64,000 bases of DNA from Candidatus Daviesbacteria bacterium (lineage in GTDB: Bacteria > Patescibacteriota > Microgenomatia > Daviesbacterales > UBA10151): NCBI GenBank assembly GCA_016176405.1, contig JACOXG010000010.1:33078-97077 (forward strand), read 5' to 3'. Below are positions 57,244 through 64,000 of the stretch, piece by piece. Each line of letters opens with the position of its first letter. The first letter of the stretch is position 1. The notes below the pieces were generated by a model, which saw only the letters and a program-made list of their open reading frames with translations, did not search any database and was not told the DNA's origin. The position numbers and the translations under genes were made by a program.

Positions 57244-57914
57244 CATTAGCTAATGTTATTAATGGCCCTAGCTATGGCTATGGCTATGGCTATGGCGATG
57301 GCTCTGGCTATGGCTATGGCTATGGCGATGGTTCTGGTTATGGCTCTGGCTATGGCTCTGGCTATGGCTATGGCTATGGCTCTGGTTATGGCTATGGCTA
57401 TGGCGATGGCTCTGGCTATGGCTATGGCTATGGCGATGGTTCTGGCTATGGCTCTGGCTCTGGCTCTGGCGATGGCTATGGCTCTGGCTCTAGCTATGGC
57501 TATGGCTATGGCTATGGCTATGGCTCTAGCTATGGCTCTGGCTCTGGCTCTGGCGATGGCTATGGCTCTGGCTCTGGCTATGGCTCTGGCTATGGCTCTG
57601 GCTCTGGCTATGGCTATGGCTCTGGCTATGGCTATGGCTATGGCTATGGCTATGGCGATGGTTGCTTTGATTACATTCGGACACTGCAGGAGACAGGACT
57701 GCTTACAACTAATTTCATTTTTGCCTTGCCAACAGAGATGCAGAAAAAGTTGAAGCTATTAAAATTAGTTACCCCAAATTCATTGCAAGAAAAAAAGAGA
57801 TCAGTTAAAACTGAATTAGATAAGTATAATTTGAATATTTCTACATCTTTAAAAGAAGACTATTCAACCAATATAATATTCAATAGCGGGAAAAGAAAGA
57901 TAGACTTATCTTAG
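57237..57914 (+). CDS. Gly-Tyr/Gly-Ser/Gly-Asp repeat protein with C-terminal KRKIDLS tag
   Basis: About 130 aa of GX repeats; GGGAG RBS before ATG at 57237. Confidence 0.7.
   Translation: MVTLANVINGPSYGYGYGYGDGSGYGYGYGDGSGYGSGYGSGYGYGYGSGYGYGYGDGSGYGYGYGDGSGYGSGSGSGDGYGSGSSYGYGYGYGYGSSYGSGSGSGDGYGSGSGYGSGYGSGSGYGYGSGYGYGYGYGYGDGCFDYIRTLQETGLLTTNFIFALPTEMQKKLKLLKLVTPNSLQEKKRSVKTELDKYNLNISTSLKEDYSTNIIFNSGKRKIDLS
57271..57662 (+). repeat. Degenerate hexanucleotide tandem repeat (GGCTAT/GGCTCT/GGCGAT)
   Basis: Directly visible, about 65 units. Confidence 0.95.
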
Positions 57915-57935
57915 AATATCTATCAGGAGAGGGCA

Positions 57936-58718
57936 ATGAGATCTATTTGGGACAAAACAGTTTGTATCGGTTCTGGCACTACTCCAGCTAAGATCTATAA
58001 TTTTTTTGACTATGGGGGAGATTTTAAAGAAGGAAAGTGTTTTGACTGTGGAAAAATTTTTAGACTAAATTATATCAGTGGCTTAGTGAGACAGCATTTT
58101 ATAAATACGGGGCCAATTGAATATCGCGATAATTGGGGGCCAGAATTTGCAAAAGAATACTTGAAGAGCATTCGTTTCAAAAAAGAAAGACAAGTGATAA
58201 AAAGTGCAGTTAAAGCACAGAGAGCTGCTGAAGAGAGGGGAAGAAAGCAAAAACAAGAAAATGATAATATTGTAGATAATATTAAATCTCAGATGTCATT
58301 AAAAGAATTTATAGTTCAATATGGCAATAAGCCTGTTCCTAGTTTATTTATAGACAAATGGGTCCCCAAGATTGGAGACAGAGTAAAAGTAATTGGGTCA
58401 TTTAAGGATTGCGGGGGGAGGGTGGCTAGTCATGATTGCCATTTACGTAAAATGATAGGTAGAGTAGGAGAAATAACTTCTCTAAACTTAATATACGAAA
58501 ATCATAATATTGGTGTTAAATTTGGTTATGGAGATGACATATCTGTCGGACATTATTCTGGCTTAGAGATAAAGCCAATTTTTAGCTCATCCCAAAAAGA
58601 AAAGGGGTCTATTGCATCAAGGCTGAAGAATTTTGATTTGAATGTATTTTTAAAAGAAGAAGATTATTCAGGCAATATAATATTTAACAGCGGCAAGAGA
58701 AAAATAGATCTGTCTTAA
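57936..58718 (+). CDS. Hypothetical protein with KOW/SH3-like domain and C-terminal KRKIDLS tag
   Basis: PKIGDRVKV...GRVGEI...VKF. Confidence 0.6.
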   Translation: MRSIWDKTVCIGSGTTPAKIYNFFDYGGDFKEGKCFDCGKIFRLNYISGLVRQHFINTGPIEYRDNWGPEFAKEYLKSIRFKKERQVIKSAVKAQRAAEERGRKQKQENDNIVDNIKSQMSLKEFIVQYGNKPVPSLFIDKWVPKIGDRVKVIGSFKDCGGRVASHDCHLRKMIGRVGEITSLNLIYENHNIGVKFGYGDDISVGHYSGLEIKPIFSSSQKEKGSIASRLKNFDLNVFLKEEDYSGNIIFNSGKRKIDLS

Positions 58719-58732
58719 AAAAAGGAAAAGTT

Positions 58733-59194
58733 ATGCATTATTATACTGTTAGTCTAGTTGGAGGGGAAGAGTATAGTCCAGTAATCATAGCAATTCTGAA
58801 TAAGATCCCTTATTTTGATAGTGTGGTAGAGGCAATGGCACGAGGACTCTTTGCAAAATGGTTAAGCAATCCTAATAGAACTATACAAGGTTTTCCTGGT
58901 CATGATCATGACATAAATATTAAAATAGCAGAACAACTTGCTAAAGAATATGGTGGGGATGTCATTGAATTTGAAGAAGAATATGAATGGGAGTATTTCA
59001 CGGCACATAGTTTTAAATATCCAGCATTAGCAAAAGCTCAAGATGAACCATTTAAAGAAAACTTGAAGCCAGTCTTTCCTCATTACTTTGGAAAAGATTT
59101 AGAGACTAAATTATTCAATGCATTAGTAGAAGCATACAAAGTAGAATTAGAAAAGGAGAAAGAAAAGAAGACACATGAGAAAACAGGTTTATAG
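58733..59194 (+). CDS. Hypothetical protein
   Basis: Packed ORF. Confidence 0.55.
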   Translation: MHYYTVSLVGGEEYSPVIIAILNKIPYFDSVVEAMARGLFAKWLSNPNRTIQGFPGHDHDINIKIAEQLAKEYGGDVIEFEEEYEWEYFTAHSFKYPALAKAQDEPFKENLKPVFPHYFGKDLETKLFNALVEAYKVELEKEKEKKTHEKTGL

Positions 59195-59492
59195 TTGGCA
59201 TGATGTGTCAGATGAAGAGATAGAAAAAATTTATGGTTCCTTATATACTTTATTTGAAGAAATAGTCCCAGTTGACTGTGATTATGATAATGTCATAGAT
59301 ATGAAATTGATAGATAGACGTAAATTTGAACCGATGCATTTTTTCAAGCAGCCACATTTAGCCAAAGATTATTCTAATATGGAGGACTGTCTGAACATTG
59401 CTAATATAAATATTCATCAAGCAGTAGAAAAATGGCAGACATTGTATAGAATTAAGAAAGATTTAGAAAAGGAGAAAAGTGAATCTAGATAG
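59175..59492 (+). CDS. Hypothetical protein
   Basis: AGGAG RBS. Confidence 0.55.
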   Translation: MRKQVYSWHDVSDEEIEKIYGSLYTLFEEIVPVDCDYDNVIDMKLIDRRKFEPMHFFKQPHLAKDYSNMEDCLNIANINIHQAVEKWQTLYRIKKDLEKEKSESR

Positions 59493-59841
59493 ACGAGAGA
59501 AGCATGTTCTAAATGAGCTAAGGGAGACATATAATATTCCAGTTGCTCAGTTGCTAGGAAAACTAAACTCAAAAGAAGCCTCAGTAATTTATGCAGAGCT
59601 AAAAGGGGACGATTCAATATCCTGTCATGTGCTAAGTTTAGATGGTTTTATTTGTGGAGGAGTTTCTTCTTGTTCCCCTAATGATAAATATAGCTATGCA
59701 ATAGGAAGAATGATAGCATTTGCAGACGCTGCGGTGAATTATTCAAACAATGTAGTAGGAAGGAGTAAATATCATCTTACAAGTAAGCAATTGGAAAGCA
59801 TAGCAAGAGGAAATACTTTATCTAGCAATATAATAGAATAA
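59479..59841 (+). CDS. Phage gp49/66-like protein (candidate nucleotide sponge)
   Basis: C....DGF..G.SSC.P.D.Y...IG..IA...A. Confidence 0.45.
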   Translation: MNLDRREKHVLNELRETYNIPVAQLLGKLNSKEASVIYAELKGDDSISCHVLSLDGFICGGVSSCSPNDKYSYAIGRMIAFADAAVNYSNNVVGRSKYHLTSKQLESIARGNTLSSNIIE

Positions 59842-59847
59842 GAGTAC

Positions 59848-59994
59848 ATGCTTGGTGGCAGAAAGAACCGATTGCGTCAATCCACATCGTAGTAATGGTC
59901 TGGTAGTGTGGAAGTGTCAGACACTCCCAGGTAGGGGCGGGCAATGCAGCTTTGTAGCGGCAAGGATGTGTCTGCTGAGACCTGGGCCAAGCAT
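59848..59994 (+). ncRNA. Putative structured ncRNA
   Basis: GC-rich island; ATGCTTGG/CCAAGCAT closing stem, several 7-bp internal complements, promoter-like CAATATAATAGAAT upstream. Confidence 0.45.
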
Positions 59995-60226
59995 TATGCT
60001 GCTTCCAAGATCTACTTCATTCTGGCTGTCAGTAGGTAAAGGATTGATAGACTTCTTCGGTGGAAAAATGGACTATAATGATTCCGATGATATAGAGATC
60101 AATTATTCAAAGCCTATTGGAACGTGGGGATGAATTTCAAAATAATTTGTTCAGTATAAAGCTATTAACAAAAGATGATTTATTTGCAATGGAAGATTTT
60201 GCAGCTTATTTAATGAGATAACTCAA

Positions 60227-60781
60227 ATGGAACGATTTAAAATAGGGGATTTAGTTCAGGTCTATGCTTTATGCAAAATTGTAGTACATGAACCGCCTTT
60301 CTTAGGAAAAACTGGTAGAATATCCCAAATAAGCAGATTTGAGGGACACAACATTAGTGTTATATTTGATGACATTAAATATCCTTGTGTGTATGATCAA
60401 AATGAGATACAATTAGTTGATGCTAATGAATGGATACCAAAAGTTGGAAATCTTGTTAAAGTTGTAAATGTTTGTAAAGCTATATCAATTATGGCTCATC
60501 GATGCCACGACAAAGATATTTTGCAACAGGTTGGTATAATTGAAAATATAAATGATATAGAAATACTTAATCATCGTATTCTTATTAGGTTTAAGAACAA
60601 TAAACTTCTATACGGCCATTATTCTAAAGCAGAATTAGAACTTGTAAACACATGGTTAGACCAGAACAAACGAAAGCCATGGATAGAAGAAATACAGAAT
60701 ACATTGGTGGACATGAAAAAGAAACAAGAAGACCAATTCTTAATTATTGACAATCAGAAAAGACGAATAGACTTAGACTAA
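60227..60781 (+). CDS. Tandem KOW/SH3-like domain protein with C-terminal KRRIDLD tag
   Basis: FKIGDLVQV.. and PKVGNLVKV.. repeats. Confidence 0.6.
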   Translation: MERFKIGDLVQVYALCKIVVHEPPFLGKTGRISQISRFEGHNISVIFDDIKYPCVYDQNEIQLVDANEWIPKVGNLVKVVNVCKAISIMAHRCHDKDILQQVGIIENINDIEILNHRILIRFKNNKLLYGHYSKAELELVNTWLDQNKRKPWIEEIQNTLVDMKKKQEDQFLIIDNQKRRIDLD

Positions 60782-60786
60782 ATAAA

Positions 60787-61083
60787 ATGCAGACATTAAT
60801 TTTAAAAGTCCTAGTTGGATCTAAAGCTCATGGTCTTGCTAACAAAGACAGTGATACAGATTATAGGGGAGTTTTTGTAGAATCAACATCTGAAATTCTG
60901 GCAATGAAGAAATTAACTATTAAAAAAGTTGAGCCAAATCTTTATGAAATATCAAATTTTGCTTCATATAAAACAGTGACTTTATTTGCCACAGCAGAAG
61001 AATTAGAAGAACTTCATCAAGCATTAGAAAATATAAGTTGTTTGGATGAGAATTGTTCTTGTTATATTAAAGCTATGTCTTGA
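60787..61083 (+). pseudogene. N-terminal fragment of an RlaP-like nucleotidyltransferase fused to unrelated sequence
   Basis: VGSKAHGLA..DSDTDYRGVF; similarity stops at about aa 40. Confidence 0.55.
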
Positions 61084-61116
61084 TACAAAGATATTTGGGG
61101 AGATTGGTATAGAGCA

Positions 61117-61317
61117 ATGAAAGATTCTGTAGGAAAATGCATTAAGTGTAATAAGCATGGAGATCTTGGAAATGGTCTTTGTGTAAGATGCTGGGACAGG
61201 TCTTTAGGGGATGCTTTGGGGCATTACTATTCCTATGAAAAGTGGGACAAGAAAATGAAGGTTAAATTTCTGTCTGTGCAAGAAGTATCAGATCCAAAGG
61301 ACAAAGGGATTTTATAA
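61117..61317 (+). CDS. Small zinc-binding hypothetical protein
   Basis: CxxC...CxxC. Confidence 0.5.
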   Translation: MKDSVGKCIKCNKHGDLGNGLCVRCWDRSLGDALGHYYSYEKWDKKMKVKFLSVQEVSDPKDKGIL

Positions 61318-61319
61318 AA

Positions 61320-61523
61320 ATGTTTATATGCCAAGCAAGGTCTAAAAATAAATTCTGTGACAAACCAGCTAATTGGAGAGCAGAATGGTCTGATATAGAA
61401 TTGTTTGTCTGCGATGAAGATAGACTATATGTCAGAGAAGTGTATAAAGGAGATAGTAAATTAGACAGAACGGGAATATTTTGGACATCAGATTTAGGGA
61501 CTACCGAATATGAAGATTACTAA
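61320..61523 (+). CDS. Hypothetical protein
   Basis: Packed ORF. Confidence 0.5.
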   Translation: MFICQARSKNKFCDKPANWRAEWSDIELFVCDEDRLYVREVYKGDSKLDRTGIFWTSDLGTTEYEDY

Positions 61524-61544
61524 AAGGCTTAGTGGATAATTTTT

Positions 61545-61727
61545 ATGAGCAATTTTATTGCCCTTTATTTTGCAATTGGACTAATTGTATTTGCTCTTGT
61601 TTATACAGGAATTGAAATTAACAATGAAACGCATCGACTCGGAGATTTATTGTCTGTTATTTTTTGGCCAATTATTTTAGTTGTAGCAATAGGAATAAGG
61701 GTACATAATGAAAAGAATTCTAGATGA
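61545..61727 (+). CDS. Small membrane protein
   Basis: Two hydrophobic segments, FWP motif. Confidence 0.55.
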   Translation: MSNFIALYFAIGLIVFALVYTGIEINNETHRLGDLLSVIFWPIILVVAIGIRVHNEKNSR

Positions 61728-62157
61728 AATAAAATACTTCATTCAGCGTGGAAGAAGAGGCTGGTCAGATAGAGATATTTGGGATTTTGAGAGCTATCTT
61801 CACAAGATTCTAGCTGGAGGATTAACATACTTAGCCAAATCGGAAAATGGGCATCCATGCAGATTAATTATCTTGGAGGGGCAAGAAGAATGGACTCCCG
61901 ATAATTGTTCAAATTGCCACTGTGCTGAAAATTGGGACAAAGAATTAAGAGATAATGCAGAGAAATTCAGAAAATTGTGTGCTGAAAATGAAGGCGAATT
62001 CTTTAAAGAAGCTGATGAAATATATTTTAATGGTATAACAGATAATAATCAAGATGAGTGGGGAAGATTAGTTAAAAAAGGCTTTGAAGAAAAAAATAAA
62101 ATATGCAAAGAAGCATGGGAATGGCTAAAAGAGAATCATTGGTTATTGTGGGACTAG
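61708..62157 (+). CDS. Phage hypothetical protein
   Basis: FIQRGRRGWSDRD.W...L...GHP...LWD. Confidence 0.7.
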   Translation: MKRILDEIKYFIQRGRRGWSDRDIWDFESYLHKILAGGLTYLAKSENGHPCRLIILEGQEEWTPDNCSNCHCAENWDKELRDNAEKFRKLCAENEGEFFKEADEIYFNGITDNNQDEWGRLVKKGFEEKNKICKEAWEWLKENHWLLWD

Positions 62158-62317
62158 AAAGGATGAGGTATAATGTCACATCCAATAACAGACCATAAGA
62201 CCATAGAAGAGGTAATAACTCACAGTGTTAGTTGAGAAGATATGGATGGGTGGTTATTAGTTGGGCCAATTGAAGATAACAAGATAGAAGTGATTGTCCA
62301 ATGGAAAAATGTAGGCG

Positions 62318-62557
62318 ATGAATATAAATCTAGAAATAATCAAAGATAACTTTAGAGTAGAAGTCTATTGGTCTAATGATTATGCATCTGCGCATTTTAA
62401 TGAAAATGAGGCAAAGGGGCTTGCTAGGTATATAGAGAGCCTAAAAGACATAAAAGCTGTAGTTGTTTGGGATACACATTATAAATGCCCAAATTGCAAA
62501 ATGAGGGCGGTTAAGAAAGAAGACTTAGTAAATTGCTGCGAGGAGAATGTAGAATGA
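62318..62557 (+). CDS. Hypothetical protein
   Basis: Packed ORF. Confidence 0.5.
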   Translation: MNINLEIIKDNFRVEVYWSNDYASAHFNENEAKGLARYIESLKDIKAVVVWDTHYKCPNCKMRAVKKEDLVNCCEENVE

Positions 62558-62877
62558 AAGAACTATTTAAAATTTTTGATGAATATAAGGGCCATGATGT
62601 AGAACTCAGTGTGATGTTAACAATGCTTTTCTTACTAATTTTAGGCTCAGTAAGTGTTGTTATGGCGATTCTTATAGGCACCCCATTCTTATTCTTTGTG
62701 GTTGGGGCTGTCTGGTTAGTCTGGTTCACAATATACCAGTTTGTAAAAAAGTATCAGATGAAAAACATAGACCCCAGCTGTCCTTCTCAAACGGATTTTA
62801 CAGGCGATTCTAGATGTCCTCCTCAAGTAGATTACACATTGGGGGAAGAAGCTGCGATCAAGAAAAGGGAGAGATAA
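62533..62877 (+). CDS. Membrane protein
   Basis: Two long hydrophobic segments; start probably at MKELF. Confidence 0.55.
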   Translation: MLRGECRMKELFKIFDEYKGHDVELSVMLTMLFLLILGSVSVVMAILIGTPFLFFVVGAVWLVWFTIYQFVKKYQMKNIDPSCPSQTDFTGDSRCPPQVDYTLGEEAAIKKRER

Positions 62878-62879
62878 GA

Positions 62880-64000
62880 ATGTCTAACTTAAGAATTTGG
62901 GGAAGAGATATAGACCAAAATACAATGCTACAAGTAGAGATGACTGCAAGATTGTCTATCTTGAAAAATCATCCTGTAGCATTAATGCCAGATGCACATC
63001 TAGGAACTGGAGCAACAGTAGGAAGTGTTATAGCTACTGAAAATGCAATTGTCCCAGCTGCAGTCGGCGTGGATCTGGGCTGTGGGATGGTTGCTGTAGA
63101 GACAGATCTAAAGGCTAGTGATTTGCCAGATGATTTGCAACCATTAGTACATCAATTTAGTAGGTCAATTCCTGCGGGAGTGGGAAGAAGAAGAAATAGA
63201 GGGCAATCTATTGGACTAGAGGATAAATATGCTGTAAGAGAAGTGGCTGATTGGATGTTAAAAAATCCTTGCGATTTAGGCGGTTTAAAAACTACTGCCT
63301 TTTCTCAGCTTGGGACATTAGGGTCAGGAAATCATTTTGTAGAAGTCTGTCTAGACGAGAATGATATTGTATGGACAGTACTGCATTCTGGCTCCAGGGG
63401 AGTTGGAAATCAGCTTGCTAATAAACATATCAAACTAGCAAAGAAGCAAGAACTAGCATTAGAAGATAAGGATTTAGCATACTTTCTTGAAGGGACAAAT
63501 GAATTCAAGAATTATATTTCTGATATGCTTTGGGCGCAAAAATATGCATTGAAGAATAGAATGATTATGATGTCAATAGCCCTAATGAATTTGTTCCAGT
63601 TTGTAGGAAAGGGGAAAGTGATGATGGAGATAAATTGCCATCATAACTTTGCTCAGCAAGAATTGCATGACGGGAAATTATTGTGGATAACACGCAAAGG
63701 CGCAATAAAAGCAGATAAGGGAGATTTTGGGGTAATCCCTGGTAGTATGGGAACAAAGTCATACATTGTGCAAGGGCTAGGGAATCCTGATTCATACAAT
63801 TCAGCAAGTCATGGCGCTGGGAGAAGAATGAGTAGAGGACAAGCAAAGAGAGAATTAACACAAGAGTCACTAAATGTAGCCATGGAAGGAAAGGCCTGGA
63901 ATAATGATGCTAAAGGTTTATTAGATGAGCATCCAGCAGCATATAAAGACATAGACCAAGTAATGGAAGATCAGAAGGACTTGGTCGAGATCTTACATGT
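62880..64000 (+). CDS. rtcB: RtcB RNA ligase (3'-truncated by window edge; absent from the ORF track)
   Basis: Manual translation: MPDAHLG, VGVDLGCGM, QLGTLGSGNHF, HSGSRG, CHHN, SHGAGR. Confidence 0.95.
   Translation, partial: MSNLRIWGRDIDQNTMLQVEMTARLSILKNHPVALMPDAHLGTGATVGSVIATENAIVPAAVGVDLGCGMVAVETDLKASDLPDDLQPLVHQFSRSIPAGVGRRRNRGQSIGLEDKYAVREVADWMLKNPCDLGGLKTTAFSQLGTLGSGNHFVEVCLDENDIVWTVLHSGSRGVGNQLANKHIKLAKKQELALEDKDLAYFLEGTNEFKNYISDMLWAQKYALKNRMIMMSIALMNLFQFVGKGKVMMEINCHHNFAQQELHDGKLLWITRKGAIKADKGDFGVIPGSMGTKSYIVQGLGNPDSYNSASHGAGRRMSRGQAKRELTQESLNVAMEGKAWNNDAKGLLDEHPAAYKDIDQVMEDQKDLVEILH

Noticed and set aside
57253-57753. 166-aa MAMAMAL repeat ORF
   Set aside because: Alternative-frame shadow of the hexamer repeat; the Gly frame has the RBS and the conserved C-terminal tail
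59925-59950. SRP RNA (CAGGT...GCAGC) or hammerhead ribozyme
   Set aside because: No GGAA tetraloop helix of SRP and no CUGANGA core
59852-60133. 93-aa ORF as a real protein
   Set aside because: TTG start, no clear RBS and atypical composition; extensive base pairing fits RNA better, though coding is not excluded
51195-60781. C-terminal tag as a eukaryotic cyclin-binding RxL motif or nuclear localisation signal
   Set aside because: SD sites, -10 boxes and bacterial-type genes indicate a bacterial host, so the resemblance is treated as coincidental
2056-63870. All minus-strand ORFs in the track (e.g. 32744..33343, 42421..42876, 63565..63870)
   Set aside because: Short, motif-free and mostly antisense to well-supported + strand genes or the tRNA
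1-64000. Stop-codon reassignment
   Set aside because: Long conserved genes are intact under code 11, and TAA, TAG and TGA all terminate genes at expected positions

Overview
This is a 64 kb AT-rich segment of a large tailed dsDNA bacteriophage. Essentially every credible gene is on the + strand, the genes are tightly packed, and the standard genetic code fits. (1) 1-14.1 kb holds replication, nucleotide and recombination genes: PolA C-terminus, a thymidylate-synthase homologue with a dCMP-type Asp, a dUTPase/dCTPase-like protein, ThyX, dCMP deaminase, an adenine MTase, RecA, Cas4-like and RuvC-like nucleases, and an aldehyde dehydrogenase. (2) 14.1-40.9 kb is a packaging/head module: TerS, TerL, class II RNR, portal, then an 11 kb block of putative virion-packaged enzymes, a structural gene split by a trans-splicing intein, ClpP and an intein-containing prohead protease, closed by a strong terminator. 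The 11 kb block encodes four ADP-ribosyltransferase domains, a Nudix hydrolase, a SNF2-like helicase and a TopIB-MuF fusion, several sharing a LEK[QA]...LVPKKVP.HLQTG...RW motif. (3) 40.9-64 kb is an accessory/early region driven by a repeated 29-bp promoter. It holds a truncated GluRS, tRNA-Gln(UUG), two putative structured ncRNAs, GroEL, RNA ligases, RtcB, a Ycf46-like AAA module, and seven proteins sharing a C-terminal [KR]Rx[IL][DI]L[DS] tag. All family calls are motif recognition by eye; no searches were run.
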